Source: Candidatus Omnitrophica bacterium UBA6253 (GTDB lineage Bacteria; Omnitrophota; Gorgyraeia; Gygaellales; Profunditerraquicolaceae). From it: a DNA stretch of 64,000 nt. The first letter of the stretch is position 1; each line of letters begins with the position of its first letter. The notes beneath the pieces were generated by a model that saw only the letters and a program-made list of their open reading frames with translations, was not told where the DNA came from and did not search any database. The DNA lies in the NCBI GenBank assembly GCA_002441245.1, contig DJVP01000008.1:234540-298539 (forward strand). The letters are read 5' to 3'. The position numbers and the translations under genes are program-made. This document shows, one piece after another, positions 49,401 through 61,400 of the stretch.

Positions 49401-52400
49401 GCTGGCTTACTTCAGAGTATGCCTCTTATCCGGCAATTACCGGTTTGTCTTCTTTAGCCGGCGCATCCGCCGGTAATACTTTTGCCCGCGACGGTTATCA
49501 AGCTAATTTGTGGGCAAGCGCATTAGTCCCTGCTACATTGACCTTAATGGCAAAAATAAGTTCTAATATGGATGCTGCAAAGGTTAACCCTATTGAGTCC
49601 GGGCAGGCACCGGCATTCTGGAAGACGCTTGTTAATCGGGTTAATCCAGCTGGTAAATTCGAGAGGTTAACTGTTGATGGCAAGTTAGGCGGTTATAAGT
49701 GGGGACTTAATTTGAAGGGTACAGTTCCTGTGACAGCCGTCGGCCTTTCTTTGTTAGTAGAAAATGTTCCCCTGCCAAAAGAATATAATGCATGGAGAAC
49801 CGTTGCCAGCACTACTTTAAGGACAATTGCTTTAATACATGTTGGTTTAGGGCTTGAAGGAAAGCGCGGCGGAAGCAGCGGTTTAAGCGCAGCCTGGTAC
49901 AGGATGAAGGTAAATGGCGCTCCAGACGCTTTCCTTAGGAAGGCATCTTGGGCCAAGGGGACATGGGATTGGTCAGGAGTAGCCTCTAACGCCAGCGTAT
50001 TGGGGTCAGCAGGAGCGCTGGCATGGCTGATGAATTCAAAGAGCATTTCTGAAAACACAAAAACAAGTTTGATAGTTGCCTCAATTGCGGCATTGGCATT
50101 AGGAATGGGTGGGTATAAACAATCTTTTAAAAGCCTGGTAAAGCCAATCTGGACTGATAATATCATAGCTAAAAATGGCAGGATTTTGAAATTGAATGAA
50201 GCTGGTAAACCAGTGCGCACAGAGTTAACTGCTTCCGCTTTCTCAAGATTTTTATATTCTAACCCTGTTGCAAAAGTAGGGTTGAGCAGGGGTGCTGTAT
50301 GGGGAGGGATTTCTACTTATGCAGTATTGGGACCGGATAAATTACCAGTAGTAGGCTTTGAAAAGAAGCATATTGTTGTTGCTTTGATGGCTACAGCATT
50401 GCTTGGGCCTGGAATAAAACCCGGCCTGGCACAATTGGGGCGCGCCTACAATTTGTTAAAAGGAGAGACAACTTTTGAGACTGTTAATGGCAAGCTTGTT
50501 ATTAAAACAGCAGGGCCCGGAGTTCTCGCATATGATATAGCTAAAACCGCTTTACCAACCATACCTTCTATTGCTATAGGTATGGCGGCTATGCCTGATT
50601 TACAAAACCTGGTGCATTCCTTAAGCGACACTTCTTTTAACAACTTATTGAAATCCACATTTAACCTGGATGATGTAAAACAGCAATATATCCAGCTTGG
50701 CTGCGGCACGGAAGCTGATTTTCAGAATAAATCGTTTACCCAGGTTCAGGCTGAGATGATGGTAAAACAGATTGAGGTTCAAAAAGCCGCCTCTTCTAAT
50801 AAGGATGAGATTGATAAGTTAGAGGATTCCAGAAAATATTATTCAGGAGTTGTTGAGAGAGGCGAGACAGGTTGGAATAGCGCTTTTATGTGGCAATTAA
50901 GGGCTAATTCTGCTAATGAAGGCGCAAAGGTAGCTCTTTGGTTTGGGCCTTCCCTGTATTTTATCAAGCCTTTCCTTGAGGTAGGGCTACGCCGTATACC
51001 CGTAGTTGGGGATATGCAGGCTTTTATGGGTGAAGGAATGGGCAAAAAAGGCATGGGTGATAGCCTGACCTGGTTTAAAACCGATAGCAAACTAGGCAAT
51101 GTAATTCATGGGACGATTGGAAGAATTGAAAGTATCATCATGGAAGAGCAGGTCCGTGAAAACGTATTTGATACTTTCTTTAAAATGCCTCTTAAACAGA
51201 GCGGGTTTGAACCCGCCAGCCCAACCGATACAAAAAGGTACGCGTTTCAACAGCAATTATTTGAGAATCTTCAGGAATCAAATGAACGTTCAGGCGCTCT
51301 GAGTATTAGCGCAATGAATACCAGGGTAATAAATGTCATGATTTCGCAGGGCGCTACCTTAATGGTCGCTCCTGAGAGCAGTGTTTCAAACGGCGCCGAA
51401 ATCGATGCAATAAATCAGGATTTTAAAAATGGCAATTCCGCTCAGGCGCTCCAGAGATTATCGCAATTACCGGAAGGTTCTTCAGTGCGCATTCATGTAA
51501 CCACTGGCAATGGATTTCTGCCTGTAGGCTTATATGAATTTAAGGTCGAAAATGAGGCAGAATGGGCGCAGCCGTTGCAGATACGTGCGCAGGCAGAAAC
51601 ATTTCAGCAGCAATTAGTGGCCGGACAGATTTCTGCTTTAGAGCTTGCCCAGATTGCCGAAGGCGCAACTGCGGTGACCGGAAATTCTGTCGGCAATATC
51701 GCTCCCAGTATTAACCGGGATGCCGCACGTTATACCTTGGCGCAGGCAATTAGTGCAGATGCAGTTCCGTTACTGGTTGATCAACAGCAGCCAGGAAAGA
51801 TTATCTTTACCGATTCAAATAACCAGCAGAATACTGTAACTGTTTCCGCGCAGAACCTGATGCCGTTTATCCAGGAAAGACGTGCTTATGATACGAATTT
51901 TGATGCAGGCGTACGCCAGGCGCACCAGCAGTACCGCGCTCAAGTAATATTCCCCGCACAGGCAACAGCCCCTGTTTCTAACTTATTTAACTTTGTCAAT
52001 ACCAATTCAACTATCGCTACTGTGCCAAGCCAGAACTTAAATAATCAGAGATTGGATACCTTAAGGTTAAATACTCTGGATGCCTCAGAACGTTTTTATA
52101 ACTTACATTCCCAGATGATTGCAACCAATGATTGGTTAATGGAATCCGATTTACACCGCTCCGGCAGGGTTTTTGGTTCATTTACCGCAGAGGGAAAAAT
52201 AGACAAAGCGGCAAAGAAGCTGGCATATGAAAATCAATTGCACAAGTTTGGCGCTGATATAACTTCTGGTACACAAAAGGCCCTGGTAGCTGTGCAGGCC
52301 TTATTAGGGTTTGGCCTGGGCGCGCAAATTAAGCAGCAGGTGACTCAGGAAAAACGCCTTACCGCAGAGGCTGGTTTGCGCGAGATAGTAAAGAAATTGG

Positions 52401-55400
52401 ATTCTCTCAAGGCTGCAAAAGGCAACTTGCCGGCATACCGGACGGCTTTGGTGGATACTTTTGGGTTTACCGCTGAGAATGTCAAGAAGCTCTCAGATGA
52501 AGCCTTGCAAATGCAGTATGATTTTCATTTAATGGCGCTTAAAGCCCAGCATAAACAGATAAAGTCCTTTAACAAGAAACTCGTTAGCTCGAGGGGTAAT
52601 TTACGCAGCTTATTAGTGGCGGATTTCCGTCAGAATCAGGCTAATCTTCAGGAGCTATCGACCTTATTGGCTGAGGCCGGAGTAAGCCAGGATATTTTAG
52701 GGGCAGATTTCTCAGCTGGAATAAGCAAGGATTATAAAGGACGTAATGCCCGTGTATTTGTTAGTGAAAATAGCGTAGTAAAAGTATTTGATCTCTCATC
52801 TTTGCCTGAGGATGCGCGGGATAGGGCCAGGATAAAGATAGAAGATCGTTATCGCAGGGGTTTAAATGGTTTATCAGTTGCAGGAGCTGTTACCAGATCA
52901 GGGAATAATCTAATTATTACACAGGCCAGGGTTACTACCGTAGCAGAAGAAATGATGAAGTTGCATGCTGCCGGCAAACTCGCAGAAATGAACACGCTTC
53001 TTGAAAAGCTGGCCCAGCTTGGCCAGGATCTTTCAGCGCAGGGGTATCAGTGGTCTCCTGCAACTTCCGGTAACATGCTGGATAACTTAGGCCTGGATGA
53101 TCAGGGTAATATCACCGTAGTTGATTTATCAGCCATACAAACAACAGCTAATCCGGATGATGCGCAGGCAATATGGGTAGCGCGGCTTAAGCAGGATGCG
53201 GGAACATATTCAACAGAAAGGCTGTCCGCCTCCAAGGCTACTATTAATGCTTTTGATACCTATTTTAATACTCACAGTGCAATGGTTACCCGCGGAGAAC
53301 AATTGCTGGCTCCATTTGTTAAAGGCAATGTTCGGATAGATAGCAGTAATATTGTCGGCCTTAACCCGGCATTGACTACCGGAGTTGAGAATGTAGTTAA
53401 TGCTGCGGTTAAGAAAGTTTTAGGCAAAGATAGCGATTTGCGCGGCCTGCAGGTTAACTTTATGCCTTTTGCAGGAGATTTACAATTTGAGTGGGATGTT
53501 AATGCTGATGGCGGGCTCACGCTATCGCTTAACCCTGCTGTCTTGGCCAACCCCGAGTTATTAGAGGCGGTTGTGGAGCATGCTTTTGATAAACGTTCTA
53601 ACAGGCAGTTTGCTGCGGATAGGGCCCTTGATTTTATGACCAGATTAAGGCATGTCTCCGGCGGCATTATTACAGCTCCTTTAATTAACCTGAACTCCTG
53701 GCTTACTACAAGCCAAGTCAACCGTCTGACTTTCACAGAAATTGGACAAAGAGCCGGTGATTTGGCGCAGGCGTTAGGATTACCAATAGATCTTTTGACT
53801 CGTCGATTACCGCATACCGCAGTAGGCGCAATCGTTAATGCGTTTGATATTAATAACCATGCCAGGCAGTCTTTAAATACGCAGTTCAGGTTAAGAGCTG
53901 AAGCGGCCTTAGCTCCAATGATCAGGTTCTGGGCAGGGACAAACTGGGGCCAAAGGTTTGATACTATGGATTATCGCGCTCAAGGTATCTCGCAGCACGC
54001 CATTGATCCGTTTATTTTATCGCAAAAAACACTCGGTGAGATCTTTGAGCTTGATGCTAATGGACAGGTAATTGGCATTAAGAATATTGATGCGCGTGCG
54101 CAAAGCTTTACCGCTGCCAGCCAGAAAGCTGTCGCAGTAAGATTGCCGGCATTATTTGAAGAAACCAAGAAGAGCTTGCTTAAGAATGCCCAGCAGCTTG
54201 GATTATCTACTGAAGCCCAAACTAAGCTTAGGGCCTTAACTATTGAACAGGTATTAGGCGCTAATAAAGGCGACTGGGCAAATAAGGTGCAGATTCGCAT
54301 AGCTTTACCGGAAGAATTGGATCATATGGGATTTGGCGAAACTAAACAGGGGAGCCGCCAGATCTGGGTGAATTCGCGCTTCATTGACCTTGAAACAGGA
54401 GAAATCAGCAAGGAGCTTCTTAATGATGTATTAGCCCATGAAGCAACCCATGTTATTGCTGATTTGATAGCATCAGAACTTACCGCGCAAACAGGCAGTC
54501 CTGTTAATACGGGTATTGCAATCGGACAGGAAGGTAATGAATCGCTTGTAGACAAGATTGCCGGGAACAAGCGTAGTAATTTAGGTAATCATTTATATAT
54601 AAATCTGGGGAGGCTTAGGAATATTGGCAATGCCGGTGGATTTGGTAATGTAGGTGGCGGAACCCCTGGTTTAGGTGATGGCGTTGGTGGTACAGCAGGT
54701 GGAGTTGGAGTAAATAGCGGAGCATCTATTCCCGAAGTAGAGCCTCCTGAAATCGAGATTCCTAAGGTAGAACCGACTAAAGTAGAAGAGCCGGCTCCTT
54801 CTCCTGTTGTCGAAGAAACTCTATCTTCCAGTTCATCTAAATTAAATAAGGCTATAGCCGCTCTTGCTGCCAGCTTAATCAAGGCCAAGAATTATGTTAC
54901 TTCGTTCCATCCTGTGGATAGATTGGTTAACTTAGTAAAGGGCATAAGAAACAGTATCAGTAATGCCCTGAATGCCAGGTTCGAACGCATTAAGCAGCAG
55001 GCCGCAGAAACACCAGCCGTTTTAGTTCCAGTAGAGCAGCTGGAGATCAAAAAGGTTGATAATCAAGAAGCGGTAGAAGTACTTTCTATCGCCGACATAC
55101 ATGGGTCTCCTATTGAAGGCCAGAGCTTAACAACAGGGATTATTGATGCAAACGGCTTGACTCCCAAGTACAAGGTTGAGGTGGAAGATGTAACTTATTA
55201 TTTATCCGCTCCTTATGACCTTGGAGGTGGCCGTATTGCAGTGTTAGCGTTCTTGCGCGAAGGGGATAGATTTGTTGCCAGGACCTATTATAGAAGTAAT
55301 TCCGCGGTGGAATTCAGGTATCTGCCGAATTATACATATAACGAGGAACTCAAGGAGATCGTCCACTATGATAAAGGGTTCGGGGAAGACAGCTTAGGAG

Positions 55401-58400
55401 TTCCATACCAGGTACAGGAAGCACTCGCGAAAGTAAAAGAGCAGGAAAAACTTATCAATATTGAAGATTCTGCTATCAGGGATCTTGTGTTTGCCGGCAC
55501 AGCACGGCAGAAAATTGAAGGCGGAACATATGTTGGCTTTATGGGGCGCGCGAAAATAGAGGTTCCCGGCAATTTCCATACCGGACTCCGTAATAAGAGA
55601 GGTTCTGAAGAAAAAGTCTCTCCTCACCAGGTAGGCTTTGATAATCCTGAAGACGCTCCTGATTATAGCCGCCTGCTTACAACCTATACGACCAATACTA
55701 ATACATATGGTGATATTACTGTTGAAGTCTTCCCCTCAAAGAACGGGCTTCATAAGTATTCGATATTCCGTGATTCACTTGGCAGGATATGGTTTGGGCA
55801 TGTGGAGAATGGCGCCAAGATTAACTCTATGGGGATTAGAGGCAATTGGCTTGATTTAGGTGATTTAAATACTCCGGCTTTTGAATATGCGCAGCAGGCA
55901 GACGGTTATGGTAACTTTGATCTTAGTAAAGGGAACTATGTGGATATGTTTAAGAATTATTTAAGCAAGATCCCTGTTATCCAGGAATACATGAAGGTTC
56001 GTATGGGCGCCTCTTCACCGGTGGTTCATGAACAAAGAAGCGAGATAATCGTTAATGCCCTGAAGGCTTTCTTAGGTGCGTCAAGCGTTAATACGATTGG
56101 CGGCCAAGGCATAGGCAAGGCCCCAGGCAACTCTTCTTCACCCATTAAGGCAATAGCCAGATTTATGGTGCTACCTTTATTGGCTATGGGGTTATCTTTA
56201 GCCGCGCCTTCTTTAACAATAGCGCAAAGCTACCAGCCTGCTAAGCAGGGTGTTGTAGCTGAGGCCAAGAGTATCAATGTTAAGCAGTTCAAAGGGATTA
56301 AGATAGCTGGCTTTAGTGCTGAAGATTCGACTGCTATTGTTAAGTCGTTAAAAGAGATTAATGATAGGGCTCCGTTGTTCTTGCAGTTAGCCAGGAGAGC
56401 AGGCCTTGAGTTCGTCAGCATTAAGGGCCATGGCCTCCAGTTTACTGCCGGGCAATTAGAAGGCAGCCAGGTAAAATTGTATGATGGCAATTGGCAGTTG
56501 AACAAAGATTTAACAGGCTTTATAAGCCATGAAGTTGGGCATCTTGTATATAATAAACTTAACTCTAACGGCCAGTTAGGCGAGGCATTAAAGGCTATAG
56601 AGAAGAAATACGGAGTTGATGAGGCAACTACCGGCGTTGATAGCGCAGGCCGCAAGTTTATGATTGTTTTTGGAGGCAAAAACGGCGTTTATGGCGGTTC
56701 ATATGAATTCATGAATAAATATAATCCAATACCGTTTGGCAGCGTAAATACAGATGAATTGGCAGCTGAAATATTCCGTATGCGCGTTAAGCCCGTTGCC
56801 GGTTTTGAAGAGAATTCATTCTTACAGGAATTAAATGGTGTGATAGAAGAGTATCTAAAAGGCCCAAGCGGCTCATCTTCTCCTATTCAGTTGCCTGGAG
56901 AAGACAGGCAAGGCGAGCCCGTACGCGGGCAATCTCCTGCGCTTCCGCTGGTTCCCGGGCAAATACCTGTTCCCGGCGTTAATGGCGGTGCCTTAGGAGC
57001 GGTTATTGGAGGCCTAAGTATGACGACAGCCGTCGCCAGTAGCCCTATTGACTTAGCTGTCCCTGTGCTTGCTACAGGCAGGGTTAATTTAGGTAATATA
57101 AGGGCGCAAGTCCCGATTATAGATGGAACAGTAACTGCCCATGGCCCGCCTGCTGTTAACACGACAATCTCTCTCTCAAAGATTGGTCGCGAAATAAATG
57201 CGAGAGGCAAATCAGGTATATTAGTAGTTGTATCAAGTAGTGTAGTAAAGGCAGATGCCCAGAGTGCAACCTTCGGAAACGAAGAAAGAGGGCAGGGTGC
57301 AGAAGGTGCATCCAGTAATATAGGTAATGCGGCTGTCAAGGCCGTACGCAGCACTGATTCCAGGGTTATGCCTGGCAATAGTATAGGTAATAAGATTGCC
57401 AGAATAATCAGCAGAATCACATATGCCCAGAGTGCAACCTCCAGAAATGGAGAAAGAAGGCAGGATACGAAAGACGTATCCGGAAATAAAGCTAATACGG
57501 CTGTCAAGGCCGTACGCAGCATTGTTCCGCAGGCTGCTGATGTAGCAGCTGATTCAGTTATCTCAAACGAAATTGATGCAGAAAATGCATCGGTTCCGAC
57601 CTTCCCGAGGTCTGTATCTGTTTCCTCAAGCCCAGTAGAAACAAATGGTAATGGCAGGACGTTATTTGGCCGTTTATCCGCCTTCCTTAGTAATGGCCGC
57701 TCCGCAAAGAAGGTTTTAACTGTTGAAGAGATATTCCATCTTTTGACCCGCTTACAGGCTCAAAAGCTATATCGTAATCAGCAAAAGCGCGGGCTTGATG
57801 TTCCTGAAAAAGACAATTATGACATGTCCAGCCAGCAGATAAAGGTTTCCGTATCTGACCGTTTAAAAGAGCAATTAGAAGACTATTCAGATTCCAGGTT
57901 AGGAAAGTGGTTTAATGCCGCTAATTTATCCGATACAGAATTAAGCAGTATGGACATTGAGGATGTAGAGACATTATTGGATAGAGGTTTAAGGAGAGCT
58001 GCTGAGCTTATTACTGAACTGGGCAGGGTAAGTGAGTTTAAGGTTCAGGAAGGCGGCTTAACTGCGGCGGATGTAGAGCGTATAATTGAAACTAAGATAG
58101 GCGGTATTATTGATGCTAAAATAGCTCCGATAGCTAAATTAGCGCAGGAAGCAGATTTAAAAGCAACCGATGCACGTAAGCGCACCGGGGCAGAAGATTG
58201 CTTGATTGGTGCGATTACCGACAAAGAGGTTAGAGAGGAATCTGACCGTCGTCTTCGTATTGAAGCAGGCGTAGAGTTTGGCCCATACGTAGTTAAGGAT
58301 CTCTATACCGGCTTACAGATTATTAACCAGGTTTATGATGAATTTATTGCTAAGTATGAAAAAGAAGGAAACCAGAAGAAAGCTGATGCTTTAAGGGATG

Positions 58401-61400
58401 AGAAATTAGCTGCTATAAAGGCAAATGAAACTATGGCTGTTGATATACTCAACAAGTATGCCGGCAGGATTAGTATTTTAGCTCCTCTTGATAATAATCA
58501 ATACCACGTTTTACAGGTAATGAGCTATGATGCTGAAACAGGAGAGATCCTTTATGTTGAAGATAACGGACAGGGTAATTCTACCGGGTATGGTAAGATT
58601 GTTTTGGATAAGATAGCAAAGATTAATGGTGAATATGTATTTATTGTGCAGGAAAGCGTGGTTAAAGAGGCAGAATTAAAGGATAATTTATTAAGCGATG
58701 AAGAGCAGAAAGAAATTAAGAATGTTGGTGGTACTGGTTCAACTGGCAGCGGCTCTTCAAATGGCGGCTCATCTGGCGGAGCGCAGGGTGGAACAGGTTC
58801 TGGTGCAGCAGGAGCTGGCCAGGGTGGCTCAAGCCCTGCCGGAGCAGGTTCTGGAATAAATGGCCTAGTTGATGATGATGACTATCTGGATAACAGGCTT
58901 TCTAGAAGTTCGACTTTATATATAGGTAGCACAGATCCTTTGTCAGCTCAGAATGTTCAGCCTGAATCCAGGGCTCCTCCGGCTGGAGAACAGGCATATC
59001 CTTCAACTTTAACTAATTCATCCATAACCGATGCTTCTATCCAGAAATCATCCCAGGAAGTTTATAGCCAGAGCGAAACAGTTTTAGGCCTGGTTTCCGC
59101 CGCAGGTAACAACACCTCTACTACTTTAGATAGCCTTACAGAGGAGCAAGAAGCCGCAGTAAGGCTACTTAACCGTTTTATCCGTTCTCCGATAATGGAT
59201 AATTTAGCCCGCCGTGAAGAAGAAGATTATATGGTTGTTATTCTGGATAAACTGCTCAAGGCTATTAAGACCCGTGGCTTGGATCTTCATGGCCGTTATT
59301 TCCGCGCCGCACGCTTAATTGCGTATAGATTTGGGCTTCCTTATTCCTCTATGATACAGTTAGCCACCGCGTTCATCTTGTTAAATGAGACTGATTCCTT
59401 TATTGAGGCATTAAAAGAAGAGCAATCCATTAGAGCGGAATTAGCCGCGGTAAATACCAAGGGTACGACCGAAGCAGTTGAGGCAGTAAGCGCGGAGCCA
59501 GAGAAAACAGCAGTTAATTTTGATTTATTAGCCAATATCCGTACTATATTAGCTTCCGTAAGCAAATTAATAAAAGAAAATATAAATCTTCTTCCCGGGA
59601 ATGTCCAACCGGCAAGCTCTCCAGTTAAGAAACTCGATGTAGTGTTTTATTCTTCTGAAAGAGCTGATCGGAATGGCACATTCTCTAACTTATTGGATCT
59701 TGCCCGAGATTTAGGGCAGAGAGTTTATGACCTGGCATTCAGGCTGCAACAATTTACTAATGATCGGCCGGAAGACTTAATCGTAGTTGACGAACGCGGA
59801 AGCCGCTTGGAGATTATCTCTTCTGAAGAGGAAATCTCAGAGCATGGAGTAATTTTAATTAGCGGCAGCTCAGCAGATAATGACGAAGCAACCCAGGAAA
59901 ATATCGCAAATTCTTTTGCAAAGGTATTCCCGCAGGCAAACAGAATTCTTGCTCCGAGAGTCCCTGCTGGGGCAAGGTCGGTATTTGATGCTGACGCTGA
60001 GGCTTTAGTATCCAGCCAATCTAATGATCAAAATGCAGGGTCATTAGCTGTTCAGGATGCAACAACTGTTCAGGCAGAAAAAGAAGCTGTCAATGTAATT
60101 GGTGCTGTTGATAAAGAAGTGAGCGTAAATAACCGCGAAGTTCATCAGGCAGAGTCGAAGATTGTTAAAGAGATTGTTAAAGCAGGCAATATATATCAGG
60201 AAGCTAAACTGGCTTTAGCAAAAGTATTAGGTAAGGTATTACATGTCGTATCGGAAAAGGTCTTGGGAGCTATCGCATCCTTAAAGCAGGTTGCTTCATT
60301 TATTAATGGCAGTGCGCATAAGGATGGAATTCCGTTTACAACTACGCTTCCTGTTAACGTGGCCAATGCCGTAGTAGATTTTACTTTTGTGATTAAAGCC
60401 GCTAATAACAGATTTGCTCAGCAAGGCCTGGTAGCAGCATTAAAGAATTTGGAAGTTTCTTCGCCTGTTGAAGCTGAAAGAGAAGCGCATGTAGAGCTGT
60501 TGAAGAGAAAATCTGAAGGTATCGGTACTGCCATTAGCATCAAGGCTCCTCCGGTTTATTCTCCTGTCAAGTTTAACGCGGGGTCAGTTAAACGTGTGGG
60601 AATAACCAAAGGAGGAACAAATGGTAATCATACAGAAAATTCAGGAAATGAAAGAAGCAATCGCAGAGTTGGAGAATCAGTACAATATAAGACGGTTACA
60701 GGAAATGAGAGAAGCAGCAATAGTGGAATTAATGAATACGAAAAACGTCTTAGCTACGAAACCGAATTAAAGGGCCGTCTTTATACATTTAATATAGGTA
60801 AGGCCGACCAGGCTAAACTTGGCGTACATCCTGTGCGCGCCCCGCCTTACGCAGCCTTCGTAGCTAAGCTGCACAATTCCGCATTATCCAGAACCTTCAA
60901 TTCAAATAATCCATTAAATTTAAACCAGCCGCATTCTCTTTCCGTGGCAGGAGAGTCGTTTGCGGCTAATGTTGTTAAGGGCGGTGCAAGAACCCTCCTC
61001 CGGGGATTGACCCTTCTTGTTACCGCCCTTACAACAATCATAGGAGGTGCACTATGTGCCCTATCAAGATTGATGAGATCAGGATTGACCACATCGTTGA
61101 CTTCTCTAAGGACCACACTACCTTTGCAGCCGCGCGTGAAAACAGCAGCGGGCATCTCAGGATATTCCTCGTTAATGATGTTACCGGTACGGTTTATGCC
61201 CGTAACGGCCGCGCTGACAGTTGGGAAGAGCTCCTCGGCGTTAAATGCGAGCTTGTCCGTATCAAGATTACTGAAGCAAGAGGTTTTGGCGTTCCAGTCT
61301 ATAGAATTAACGCAGAACACAATTAATGAGGAGATCCTTGCCTCTTCTAGCCCCGTCAGAGACTATGCCAATAAGAATTATCTTCGCTCCGGGGCTAGAC

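Noticed and set aside
45588-55859. Plus-strand track ORFs 45588-45833, 51108-51302 and 55638-55859.
   Set aside because: All three are in frame 0, overlapping the continuous frame-2 giant ORF. They are short, with no RBS and no recognisable motifs, so I read them as off-frame artefacts.
60621-61326. Two small ORFs in other frames, each preceded by a strong SD-like sequence inside the giant ORF. The first is 60621-60770 (49 aa, MVIIQKIQEMKEAIAELENQ...) after AAAGGAGGAACAA. The second is 61054-61326 (90 aa, track entry) after ATAGGAGGTGCACT.
   Set aside because: Frame 2 stays open through this whole stretch, which I verified codon by codon from 60541 to 61380. Both SD-like strings are simply the GGA-GGN codons of Gly-Gly dipeptides in the giant protein. 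I treat them as chance or off-frame ORFs. Internal initiation cannot be excluded without expression data.
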